Source: Terriglobales bacterium
GTDB taxonomy: Bacteria > Acidobacteriota > Terriglobia > Terriglobales > Acidobacteriaceae
Assembly: GCA_035604895.1 (NCBI GenBank)
Contig: DATNHO010000037.1
Coordinates: 1-24,000 of the forward strand
Direction: 5' to 3'
Length of the DNA stretch: 24,000 bases
Shown: piece after piece, positions 7,759 to 15,946 of the stretch
Position numbering within the stretch: position 1 is the stretch's first letter
How the letters are laid out: every line of letters begins with the position of its first letter
Notes under the pieces: model-generated
Told to the model about the DNA's origin: nothing
Databases searched by the model: none
The model's input: only the letters and a program-made list of their open reading frames with translations
Program-made: the position numbers and the translations under genes

Positions 7759-9099
7759 ATGCATCGAAAACAAGTTTCCACAAACATTCGCAAAACGCGC
7801 GATATCGTTCTGCTCACACTTCTTTTCGTAGCCGCAATTGCCGCCGGCGCGGCGCGGGCACAGACCTATACCAATCTGCATTCCTTCGCCGCTGGGACGG
7901 ATGGCGCAGATCCTACCCCCATCATCCGCGACGAGGAAGGCAACATCTACGGCGCGACAAGGTTTGGTGGCATCCCCTCGTGCAACTTAGACACTTGCGG
8001 AACGGTTTTCAAGATCGACAGCGCCGGCAAGGAGACCGTGCTCTACCGCTTCGAGGGCGGGAACAATGGATCAAATCCGCTTGCAGGCTTGGTCCGGGAC
8101 GCGAAGGGTAACCTCTATGGCACGACCCAAGGGAACGGCTATGTCGGCGGCGCATCCGTAGTGTTCAAAGTCAACCCGCAGGGCCACCAGACCGTCTTGT
8201 TTGTTGCCGGAGAAACAGCGCAGGGCTGCTGCCTCGATTCTCCGGTTGCCGTGGACGCGCACGGGAACGTCTATGGCATGTCGCCATACGGCGGCAAGCC
8301 CAATTGCGGTGTGGCCCAGAATGGCTTGGGCTGCGGAACATTGTTCAAGATTGCCCCTGACGGCAAATTTACTGTGATTCATGTTTTTAAAGGGAAGGAC
8401 GGAATACAGCCAGAGGGAGGGGTGGTCCTTGACGCCAAGGGCAACATCTACGGCACCGCTGTCTGGGGCGGCAATCTCAAGTGCAATTATCCCGGCTGGG
8501 GGGCAGGCGGTGGACCAGGATGCGGAACCATCTACAAGCTGGAGCCGAGCGGCAAGTTCACCGTCCTCCACACCTTCACCGGCCCGAATGATGGATCGTA
8601 CCCTCTGGGCCTGATCATTGACGACGCTGGCAACCTCTACGGCATCGCGGACAGCGGCGGCGACGTCATCAAGCATACAAATTGGGAGTACGGCCTGGGA
8701 ACTATTTTCAAAGTGGATACCAGCGGCAAGTACAGCGTGCTCTTCGCCTTCAAGCCATGCACCGAGCCCCCGTGCACTAACGGCCAGGTGTTGAACCATC
8801 TCTACGCCAGCCATCTGGCGAGAGACTCGAAAGGCAACCTGTACGGCATCGAAGAGTCCAACGACTGCGCCTTCGGTGGGGGATGCATTTTCAGAATAGA
8901 CGCGAAAGGGAACATAACGGACCTCTACGACTTCACACAAGACCAAAGCGGAGCCCCAGAGTTCTACGACGCGATGGGCTTGGTCCTAGGTTCGGATGGC
9001 GATTTCTATGGCAGCACACCCTTCGGGGGATCCGAGGAACCCGAATGTGACGACAATATTGGCGTGGCCTGCGGGTCGGTGTTTCACATTACGTTTTAG
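7759..9099 (+). CDS. Secreted GloVer-type tandem repeat protein (TIGR03803-like)
   Basis: Signal peptide (IVLLTLLFVAAIAAGAARAQ), then repeated GNxYGT...GG...CGTVFKIDxxGKxTVLYxF units. Start at 7759 preferred over 7690. Confidence 0.85.
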   Translation: MHRKQVSTNIRKTRDIVLLTLLFVAAIAAGAARAQTYTNLHSFAAGTDGADPTPIIRDEEGNIYGATRFGGIPSCNLDTCGTVFKIDSAGKETVLYRFEGGNNGSNPLAGLVRDAKGNLYGTTQGNGYVGGASVVFKVNPQGHQTVLFVAGETAQGCCLDSPVAVDAHGNVYGMSPYGGKPNCGVAQNGLGCGTLFKIAPDGKFTVIHVFKGKDGIQPEGGVVLDAKGNIYGTAVWGGNLKCNYPGWGAGGGPGCGTIYKLEPSGKFTVLHTFTGPNDGSYPLGLIIDDAGNLYGIADSGGDVIKHTNWEYGLGTIFKVDTSGKYSVLFAFKPCTEPPCTNGQVLNHLYASHLARDSKGNLYGIEESNDCAFGGGCIFRIDAKGNITDLYDFTQDQSGAPEFYDAMGLVLGSDGDFYGSTPFGGSEEPECDDNIGVACGSVFHITF

Positions 9100-9188
9100 C
9101 CGAGCCGACGGTTGAGATCGACACTCCGTGATATGAGCGTCGAGCACAAGTAGTGTTAGCCAATGGAATTTCGACTGGAGCATTTACT

Positions 9189-10613
9189 CTAGAGCGTGCC
9201 TTGAAACAGCGGGTACAGACGGTCTCCGATTACGCGATAGATCACGAAGGCGCTGCCGGTGTCGGAGACCTCACGGAACAAAAGCTCGGCCCGGCCGTCG
9301 CCATCCACATCGACGGCGTCGATCAGGTCGAGGCGCGGGATCACGTCCATGTGCTGGGCGTCGGTTACATTCGCCAACGCCTTGTGCAAGACGCCGTTCA
9401 CATCTTCGCGAACCACTAACGTGATCAGGTATTGCGGGTTTGGAGTTGCGCTGGCTTTTTCGCGCGAGGACTGCGGCATGCGCGCTTTTGCCGTCAGGAT
9501 CAGCTCCGGCTCGTTGATATCCGCCAGATCAAAAACCTGAAGCTGCACATCTTCAAAAACGGGCTGCACCGGCTTTGCGGTCGCTTTGCTCCGTGGCGAA
9601 GGAGCATGAACAGGTTGCTCAGCCGCCGCGCCCGCCGATGCTTGTTGGCTGGCACGTGTTCGGATTTCGTCGGCCGCCATGGCTAACATCTTTTTGCGGA
9701 ACTGTTGTTCTTCCTCCGGCTTCAGGTTGTAGGTATAGGGAAGCGGATCGGGGCCGTTCGAGTCCGAGATGGCGGGGATGAGTTGGACCTGATTTGCCGC
9801 TGAGGTTCCCGATTGGGTTCCAGGCGTCATTGCTCCGCTTGCCGGGATCGCCGTATGCGCAGATGCCTTCGCCGAAGCCGCAGCCTTCTTCTGAGCTTCT
9901 TCTGCCGACTCCGCGCCCGCTTTGCCTCGTTTCAGCGCCGGACGGTCCTTATCCTCCGGAGGCTGGTCCTGCGCCTGCTCTTGCGGGGATGGATTTGCCG
10001 ACGCAGTTGCAGCGGCGGAAGCTGGCACCGCTGCTGAAGTTGCTGCTGGTGATGGGCTCGGTGAAGCGGTCGGTGCGGGTTGTGCCTGCGGAGGTGTCGC
10101 GGGCGCAGGGGGCGGTTCTGGCGGCTTGGGCTTTTCGCTGCCAGCACGCCGCAGAACCGGAGGACCTTCGTCTTCGTTCATTCCGCGAGGCACCGACGTT
10201 ACCGTCGGCTTCTTCTTCGCTGCTTTGGCCTTAATGGAATCCGCCGTCTGCCATGTGCCTTCGGCCACCCATCCGATCGGACCGTTTTCATCTTTCCTTT
10301 GCAGCGCACCCGTGACCGTAAACAGTCCCAGGGAAACCCCGGTGTGGACGGCTTCATAAACGGTTGTGCTCCACAGCGCCATAGGTACGGGATCGGCCTT
10401 GTAGGCGCTGGCATCGTAGTATTTGCCGTCAATCAGAATGGTGATTGGAATCAAGCGCGCTTTGCCATTGGGCGCAAGTTCCAGCAGGCCCAGGGCACGC
10501 GGCGCTTTGTTCTTCTTCGCAGAGCCTCCGACTTGGCCGAAGGTTGGCAGAAGCGCGATCTGCAATAAGAACCCCAGCGCCAAAACGCTGAAGATGACGC
10601 GGCCCCGCGTCAT
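9189..10613 (-). CDS. Hypothetical secreted protein with Pro/Ala-rich central linker
   Basis: Likely start at 10613 (MTRGRVIFSVLALGFLLQIALLPTFGQ, signal peptide), not 10697. Long low-complexity PPEPPPAPATPPQAQPAPTASPSPSPAATSA region. C-terminal section (DVIPRLDLIDAVDVDGDGRAELLFREVSDTGSAFVIYRV) is FG-GAP/VCBS-like. Confidence 0.75.
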   Translation of the reverse strand: MTRGRVIFSVLALGFLLQIALLPTFGQVGGSAKKNKAPRALGLLELAPNGKARLIPITILIDGKYYDASAYKADPVPMALWSTTVYEAVHTGVSLGLFTVTGALQRKDENGPIGWVAEGTWQTADSIKAKAAKKKPTVTSVPRGMNEDEGPPVLRRAGSEKPKPPEPPPAPATPPQAQPAPTASPSPSPAATSAAVPASAAATASANPSPQEQAQDQPPEDKDRPALKRGKAGAESAEEAQKKAAASAKASAHTAIPASGAMTPGTQSGTSAANQVQLIPAISDSNGPDPLPYTYNLKPEEEQQFRKKMLAMAADEIRTRASQQASAGAAAEQPVHAPSPRSKATAKPVQPVFEDVQLQVFDLADINEPELILTAKARMPQSSREKASATPNPQYLITLVVREDVNGVLHKALANVTDAQHMDVIPRLDLIDAVDVDGDGRAELLFREVSDTGSAFVIYRVIGDRLYPLFQGTL

Positions 10614-10659
10614 GCGGTATAACGTTGATCGAGCAGTCGATCGAGAAGGAGAGACAGTC

Positions 10660-11139
10660 ATGGATATCAGTATCAATAATAAGGCCCCGGAGTTCACTTT
10701 GCCTGACCAGAATGGCGATGAGGTCTCGTTGAAGGATTTTCACGGCAAATACGTGGTGCTCTATTTCTATCCCCGGGCGGATACTCCGGGATGCACCATC
10801 GAGGCCTGCGAGTTCCGCGATTCCTTCAAAAAGACAGAAAAGATTGGAGCTGTGGTTCTTGGCGTCTCGCCCGATGAACCGAAAGCGCTAAAGAAGTTTG
10901 AAGACAAGTTCGGGCTGCCATTCACCCTTCTAGGCGACGCCGACAAGAAAGTTGGCAATGCCTATGGCGTGATTCAGGAAAAGAATATGTACGGCAAGAA
11001 AGTCATGGGCGTGGTCCGGACTACGTTCATCATTGGTCCGGACGGGAAGATCAAACACATTTTTAACAAAGTGAAGCCAGAAGGCCACGCCACCGAAGTG
11101 TTGGCGTATTTGAAGAGCGCCATGCAGGGCGCGGCTTAG
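10660..11139 (+). CDS. bcp: Bcp/AhpC-TSA family thioredoxin-dependent peroxiredoxin
   Basis: MDISINNKAPEFTLPDQNGDEVSLKDFHGKYVVLYFYPRADTPGCTIEACEFRD: peroxidatic Cys motif. RBS aaggagag. ORF track start 10423 is too far upstream. Confidence 0.94.
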   Translation: MDISINNKAPEFTLPDQNGDEVSLKDFHGKYVVLYFYPRADTPGCTIEACEFRDSFKKTEKIGAVVLGVSPDEPKALKKFEDKFGLPFTLLGDADKKVGNAYGVIQEKNMYGKKVMGVVRTTFIIGPDGKIKHIFNKVKPEGHATEVLAYLKSAMQGAA

Positions 11140-11176
11140 AGGTGGTCCGGCGGGCGATGGAAAGGACGGTGGGATT

Positions 11177-11833
11177 TTGACCATCCCCATCACCCAGGTT
11201 CGCACTCTGTTACCGCGCGCGTTCTACGATCGCGATCCGCGCCGGGTAAGTCGTGCACTGCTCGGCAAAGTGCTGGTGCGGAAAGAAGGACGCAAACTTC
11301 TGGCGGGCCGCATTGTGGAAGTCGAAGCTTACCTGGGGGAAAAAGATCCGGCCGCGCACTCGTTTGCCGGCCGCACCCTGCGCAACGCTGTGCTGTTCGG
11401 GCCTCCGGGCTACGCTTACGTTTATTTCATTTACGGTAACCACTATTGCTTGAATGTATCGTGCTTGCCCGATGGAGTGGCCGGAGGGATTCTGTTTCGC
11501 GCGGTCGAACCTTTGGATGGAATTGAGGAAATGGCGCGATCCCGGGGCATATCTTTCAATTCGACTCGGAATTCAGTTCGCGATTTACGGAAATTGACCA
11601 GCGGGCCGGGGCGACTCGCCGAGGCGTTTGGCATCACGCGCGACCGGGACAACGGGAAAGACCTGACCAGTGCGTCCTCGGACCTATTCATTGCGGATGA
11701 CGACTACCGGGTCCGTCGCATCCTGACAACGCCGCGAATCGGGATCACCAAAGCGGCCGAGCGCCCGCTGCGATACGTGATCGCAGGGAACGACTTTGTT
11801 TCAGGACCGAAAAGTCTGCTCGAAACGGCTTAG
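11177..11833 (+). CDS. DNA-3-methyladenine glycosylase (AAG/MPG family)
   Basis: LARALLGK-type start (VSRALLGKVLVRKEG), GRIVEVEAYLGEKDPAAHSFAGRTLRNAVLFGPPGYAYVYFIYGNHYCLNV. Confidence 0.92.
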   Translation: MTIPITQVRTLLPRAFYDRDPRRVSRALLGKVLVRKEGRKLLAGRIVEVEAYLGEKDPAAHSFAGRTLRNAVLFGPPGYAYVYFIYGNHYCLNVSCLPDGVAGGILFRAVEPLDGIEEMARSRGISFNSTRNSVRDLRKLTSGPGRLAEAFGITRDRDNGKDLTSASSDLFIADDDYRVRRILTTPRIGITKAAERPLRYVIAGNDFVSGPKSLLETA

Positions 11834-11847
11834 CGTTACTGCGGGGT

Positions 11848-12690
11848 TCAAGATAGCAGGATGTTGTCAATCAGGCGCGTGTTACCCACGAAGGCAGCCA
11901 CTGCAACGAGCGAAGTGCTGGTGAGTTCTTGCACAAGATCGAGCGTAGCGGGATCCACAATCTCGAAGTAGTCCAGACGCACGGCGGGTTCCTGGGCCAA
12001 CACCTGTTTTCCGGCTTCTATCAGTGTGGGTGCGTTCCGCTCCCCTTTATCGTATCGATTCTTCACTGCGGTCAGTGAGCGGTTCAGAACCAGCGCGGAT
12101 TTGCGTTGCTGCGGGCTTAGGTAAGCATTGCGCGAACTCATCGCCAGGCCATCCGGCTCGCGTACGATGGGGCCGACGATGATCTCGACCGGCAGATTCA
12201 AGTCTCGGACCATGCGGCGGATGATCGTGGCTTGGGCCGCATCTTTCTGGCCAAAGAAGGCCAAGTCCGGTTCCACGATGTGGAAGAGCTTGGCGACGAC
12301 CGTGGTTACGCCGCGAAAATGTCCCGGACGCGACTTGCCACACAGCTTCTCGCTCAGGCCTTCGACCGTGACATAAGTGACGGCTCCCGCGGGATACATT
12401 TCTTCTGGTGTCGGTGCAAAGAGGACATCCACGGCCTCTTTTTCCAGCAGGTCGCGGTCGCGTTCAAATGTCCGCGGATATTTCGCCAGATCTTCGTCGG
12501 GCCCGAATTGCAGTGGATTTAGGAAGATGGAGACTGCGACCACATCGCACTTCGCCTTAGCGGCCCGCACCAGTGAGACATGGCCTTCGTGCAACGCTCC
12601 CATGGTGGGGACGAAGCCCAAACGCTTGCCGTCGAGGCGAGCTACGCGAGAGGCGGCGCGCATGTCGCTGATCGTGTTGCAGATTTTCAT
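11848..12690 (-). CDS. panC: Pantothenate synthetase (pantoate-beta-alanine ligase)
   Basis: GFVPTMGALHEGHVSLVRAAK, SIFLNPLQFGPDEDLAKYPRTFERD, FFGQKDAAQATIIRRMV, SSRNAYLSP. Confidence 0.97.
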   Translation of the reverse strand: MKICNTISDMRAASRVARLDGKRLGFVPTMGALHEGHVSLVRAAKAKCDVVAVSIFLNPLQFGPDEDLAKYPRTFERDRDLLEKEAVDVLFAPTPEEMYPAGAVTYVTVEGLSEKLCGKSRPGHFRGVTTVVAKLFHIVEPDLAFFGQKDAAQATIIRRMVRDLNLPVEIIVGPIVREPDGLAMSSRNAYLSPQQRKSALVLNRSLTAVKNRYDKGERNAPTLIEAGKQVLAQEPAVRLDYFEIVDPATLDLVQELTSTSLVAVAAFVGNTRLIDNILLS

Positions 12691-12706
12691 CGCGCGGTGT
12701 GCGCTT

Positions 12707-13150
12707 TCAGTGGGATGGAACCCAGTTTATGACTACCTGCATGCTCTCCAGTGCGCCAGCAACCAACGCCCGGTTCTTTCGAAGTTTGGCTTTGTCTTCA
12801 TCGGAGCCGGCAACGCTGATCTCTTGAATCGCAACCACACGACCGTATGGCCACGCCGATCCCGGCAGTTTAGCCAGTGCCTCGGATAATTTGTCCGGGT
12901 CCACCATCTGCTGTTCGTTGTTGCTGACGTCCAGCAATCCCACGCCGTCCACTCTGACGATGAGGTATGGATTTCGCCAGGCTTTCATATCCCGCTGACC
13001 CGCATATTTCTGCGGATCGGCGGACGGGATCTTTTGGATTCGAGCCTCGGGACTGGTTGCCGTTGCCGCGTCCGGTGTTCGGGGCGGCTTGGCGCACGAA
13101 GCGAGCAGGGAAAGGCACACTGCCAGAACACTCAGACGCACGAATCTCAT
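12707..13150 (-). CDS. Hypothetical lipoprotein between panB and panC
   Basis: MRFVRLSVLAVCLSLLASCAKPP: signal peptide with lipobox LASC. Tightly packed with panC and panB on the same strand. Confidence 0.7.
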   Translation of the reverse strand: MRFVRLSVLAVCLSLLASCAKPPRTPDAATATSPEARIQKIPSADPQKYAGQRDMKAWRNPYLIVRVDGVGLLDVSNNEQQMVDPDKLSEALAKLPGSAWPYGRVVAIQEISVAGSDEDKAKLRKNRALVAGALESMQVVINWVPSH

Positions 13151-13164
13151 ATTCCGTCGGGCCT

Positions 13165-14103
13165 CTATCGACGCATCCCCCGCTTGCGCTCCAGCACGGT
13201 CTCGAGCGCTTGCCGCGTCTCCTTGGACAAGTGGTAGGACTCACTATCCAAGGGATAGCGATGCGAAATCACGTCGTCGCGGAAGGCGCGTGCGGCGTCC
13301 GTGATAAGCGCGGCCGCGTCGCCGTAGCGGCGAACAAACTTCGCTGGCGGAGCAAAGGTCAGATTCAGAATATCGTGGAAGACCAGCACCTGGCCATCGC
13401 AGTCGGGCCCCGCGCCAATGCCGACGGTCGGAGTCGCGACCTCCGACGTAATCATGCTGGCTACTTCTCGCGGGATGCCTTCCAGAACCAGGAAGGCTAC
13501 GCCTGCCCGGTCGAGGGCCACGGCATCGCGCATTAGCTGTTCGATATCCGCCAGCGACTTGCCTTGAACCTTGTATCCGCCCATAACGTTCACGGACTGC
13601 GGAGTCAGCCCGATATGGCCAGCCACTGGAATCTCGGCGTCGATCACGCGGCGAATCAGATCGGCGCGTTTCTCGCCACCTTCAATCTTCACTGCTTCGG
13701 CGCCGGCCTCTTTCATAAAGCGGGCTGCGTTTCGCACCGCGTCATCGGCGCCGACGTGATAGGACCCGTAAGGCATATCAGCCACGAGCAACGCGCGCTT
13801 TACACCGCGCCGCACGGCTTTGGTGTGATGAAGCATTTCGTCTACCGTGACCGAGAGCGTGTCCGGGTAGCCGAGCATGGTCATGGCCAGCGAATCGCCG
13901 ACCAGAACAATGTCGATGTCAGCCTCGTCCACCAGCCGCGCGCTGGCGTAGTCGTAGGCGGTCAGGCAGGTGATAGGTTGATGTTGGAGTTTCTTTTCTC
14001 GAAGGGAAGCGCCCGTAATCTTCTGGCGAGGTTCACCAATTGGTGCAATGCTCACGATGTCCTCCAGTGCCCCTCCGCCTTGGCGGATAGAGCCCGTACT
14101 CAT
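13165..14103 (-). CDS. panB: 3-methyl-2-oxobutanoate hydroxymethyltransferase
   Basis: CLTAYDYASARLVDEADIDIVLVGDSLAMTMLGYPDTLSVTVDEML; VKIEGG; GHIGLTPQ. An internal GTG at 14055 preceded by GGAGG is a strong alternative start. Confidence 0.96.
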   Translation of the reverse strand: MSTGSIRQGGGALEDIVSIAPIGEPRQKITGASLREKKLQHQPITCLTAYDYASARLVDEADIDIVLVGDSLAMTMLGYPDTLSVTVDEMLHHTKAVRRGVKRALLVADMPYGSYHVGADDAVRNAARFMKEAGAEAVKIEGGEKRADLIRRVIDAEIPVAGHIGLTPQSVNVMGGYKVQGKSLADIEQLMRDAVALDRAGVAFLVLEGIPREVASMITSEVATPTVGIGAGPDCDGQVLVFHDILNLTFAPPAKFVRRYGDAAALITDAARAFRDDVISHRYPLDSESYHLSKETRQALETVLERKRGMRR

Positions 14104-14202
14104 CTTGGATGCTGCTGGGGCTATTGTAGACCCAGAGGCTGGGGTTCGTCGATGGCAGCTAGGGATGTCGAAAGAACCGTGGAATTGATCCTGGATCGCA
14201 AA

Positions 14203-14251
14203 GTAAGACTTTGCAGGTGTGTCTTACTCTATGGTAAGATGATTTTACCAT
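14203..14251 (+). promoter_or_regulatory. Promoter/operator of the first AbrB-PIN module
   Basis: IR GTAAGAC (14203-14209)/GTCTTAC (14221-14227). IR ATGGTAA (14231-14237)/TTACCAT (14245-14251), overlapping the start codon. Candidate -35 TTGCAG (14211-14216), 18-bp spacer, -10 TAAGAT (14235-14240). Confidence 0.65.
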
Positions 14252-14504
14252 GAGAGCTTACCGGACAGTCATCAGTTCTAAAGGGCAAGTGGTAATTCCA
14301 GCCGAGTTGCGCGAGCAGTTCGGGCTGGAGAAAGGCACTCCTGCCACCTGGAGCGAAGAGCAGGGGCGGTTAGTGCTGACGCCGATTACCGAACGGCGAC
14401 TGCGCGAGATCAGGGGATTCTTGAAGCCTGCTCCCGGCGCACCGTCTATGTTTGAAGAATTGTTCGCTGAGCGCGAACGAGAACGCAAACGAGAGAAACA
14501 ATGA
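14250..14504 (+). CDS. AbrB/MazE-like (SpoVT-AbrB fold) antitoxin
   Basis: MRAYRTVISSKGQVVIPAELREQFGLEKGTPATW. Overlaps the downstream PIN gene by 4 nt (ATGA). Confidence 0.9.
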   Translation: MRAYRTVISSKGQVVIPAELREQFGLEKGTPATWSEEQGRLVLTPITERRLREIRGFLKPAPGAPSMFEELFAERERERKREKQ

Positions 14505-14944
14505 CTCCCGCATTTTCTCGTGGAAGCGTGCGCCGATATGTGCTTGACGCCAACGCGCTGGTCGGCTTATTCGAGGACCGGGAGGGTACTGCAGGAAAGG
14601 TTGAACACCTTCTGCAGCTAGCCTTGCGGCAGGATTTACCACTCTTGATGTCGGCCGTGAATTGGGGCGAGGTTTTCTACATTGCATGGAGGCGGCACGG
14701 CGAAGCAAAGGCACGGGAAGCAGAAGCCAGGTTGCAGGAGTTGCCGGTGGCGGTCATCAGTGTGGATCGGGAACGAGCCTCGCGGGCGGGCGCGTTAAAG
14801 CAAAAACACAGCCTGGGTTATGCCGACGCCTTCGCCGCCGAATTGGCTATCGAACGTGGCGCCTGGCTGGTCACGACTGATCCCGAATTCTCGAAAGTTG
14901 GCAAGGCGCTGGCCATCTACTCGCTGCCCAGATACGAAAAATAA
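14501..14944 (+). CDS. PIN-domain (VapC-like) toxin
   Basis: YVLDANALVGLFEDREG...NWGEVFYIAWRR...LGYADAFAAELAIERGAWLVTTDPEFSKV: PIN acidic residues in order. Confidence 0.9.
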   Translation: MTPAFSRGSVRRYVLDANALVGLFEDREGTAGKVEHLLQLALRQDLPLLMSAVNWGEVFYIAWRRHGEAKAREAEARLQELPVAVISVDRERASRAGALKQKHSLGYADAFAAELAIERGAWLVTTDPEFSKVGKALAIYSLPRYEK

Positions 14945-14971
14945 GACGAGAGCCAGGTTGTGTTCATCCCA

Positions 14972-15009
14972 TTGACTAAGGTGCCAATTGTCGCTATAAT
15001 TGACGACAA
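14972..15009 (+). promoter_or_regulatory. Sigma70-type promoter with overlapping operator for the Xre/RES module
   Basis: TTGACT (14972-14977), 17-bp spacer, TATAAT (14995-15000). IR TTGTCG (14988-14993)/CGACAA (15004-15009) flanks the -10 and abuts the ATG at 15010. Confidence 0.8.
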
Positions 15010-15444
15010 ATGGCAAACGAACTTCGATCGGTGATACGGGAGCTTGGCGGAGAGCGCGCCTTGGGACGGACGATGACGAGCGACCGGGATCTGCGGGAAG
15101 CGATTCGCGAAGGCTTCCCACATGCGGTGCTTGAAGAAATGATGCATTCGTCGGGCTTGACCCTGAAAGAGCTAGCAGGTGCGCTGGACCTCTCGTCCCG
15201 CAGTTTGCAGCGGCGACGCCGTGGGCGGCTGGCCCGGTTTGAGTCTGACCGGCTGTATCGGCTCGCCCGGTTGCTCGCTCTTGCCCACGAAAGCCTGGGG
15301 GATGCCGCACGCGCAAGCCGGTGGTTCAAGCGCACCAATCGTGCTCTCGGTGGAGTGGCTCCGATTGCCGCGATCGATACCGAACTGGGAGCTCGCCAGG
15401 TGGAAAATGTGCTGGGCCGCATCGCCTACGGCGGCATCAGTTGA
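15010..15444 (+). CDS. Xre/MbcA/ParS-family antitoxin of a RES-Xre module
   Basis: HTH-like region (SGLTLKELAGALDLSSRSLQRRRRGRLARFESDRLYRLARLLALAHESLGD) and C-terminal ALGGVAPIAAIDTELGARQVENVLGRIAYGG, the typical DUF2384-like tail. Immediately followed by a RES ORF. Confidence 0.88.
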   Translation: MANELRSVIRELGGERALGRTMTSDRDLREAIREGFPHAVLEEMMHSSGLTLKELAGALDLSSRSLQRRRRGRLARFESDRLYRLARLLALAHESLGDAARASRWFKRTNRALGGVAPIAAIDTELGARQVENVLGRIAYGGIS

Positions 15445-15929
15445 CACGAGTCTTTCGCGTACTGCGTGCCGCACATGCGCGCACTCCATTCGACGGAGAG
15501 GGGGCGTACCGGTACGGCGGGCGGTGGTCCAGCCCCGAAACGCGCCTCGCCTATGCCTCGGAACACCAGTCGCTTGCGATGCTTGAGTATTTCGTTCACC
15601 TGGATCCCGAAGACGCTCCGGATGACTTGGTGTTAGCCACGGCGGAGGTTCCAGAGAGCGTTTCCCGCAAGCGTATCGAAGCCAGCGCTCTGCCAGCCGA
15701 TTGGCGAGAAGTCCCTGCTCCGCCCGGTCTGGCCCAGATTGGCGATGAGTTCGTAAAGCAGACCGAGAATTGTCTGCTTCTTGTTCCCTCCGCGCTAGCG
15801 GTGAGTGAAAATAACGTATTGATCAATCCCCGACATCCCGAGTTCAAGCAGATTACCGTCAATCAAGCCGAGCCGCTCCGCTATGATCCGCGGATGTTCC
15901 GCAAGACCCGGCGCCAGCGCAAACATTGA
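15441..15929 (+). CDS. RES-domain toxin
   Basis: TTG start at 15441 overlapping the antitoxin TGA (TTGA). TRVFRVLRAAHARTPFDGEGAYRYGGRWSSPETRLAYASEHQSLAMLEYFVHL: RES motif with conserved R...GGRW..E. The ORF-track start (15321) is an artefact upstream of the real start. Confidence 0.88.
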   Translation: MTRVFRVLRAAHARTPFDGEGAYRYGGRWSSPETRLAYASEHQSLAMLEYFVHLDPEDAPDDLVLATAEVPESVSRKRIEASALPADWREVPAPPGLAQIGDEFVKQTENCLLLVPSALAVSENNVLINPRHPEFKQITVNQAEPLRYDPRMFRKTRRQRKH

Positions 15930-15946
15930 GGGCGGGACAAGGTACC

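Noticed and set aside
9153-10568. Several long plus-strand ORFs (9153-9419, 9432-9686, 9794-10234, 9922-10359, 10080-10568) opposite the 9189-10613 gene
   Set aside because: Antisense shadow ORFs in GC-rich coding DNA: Arg/Ser/Cys-rich, no RBS or domain. The minus-strand gene has a signal peptide and coherent domains.
13564-14253. 229-aa plus-strand ORF antisense to panB
   Set aside because: panB on the minus strand is unambiguous. The antisense ORF has no recognisable motif.
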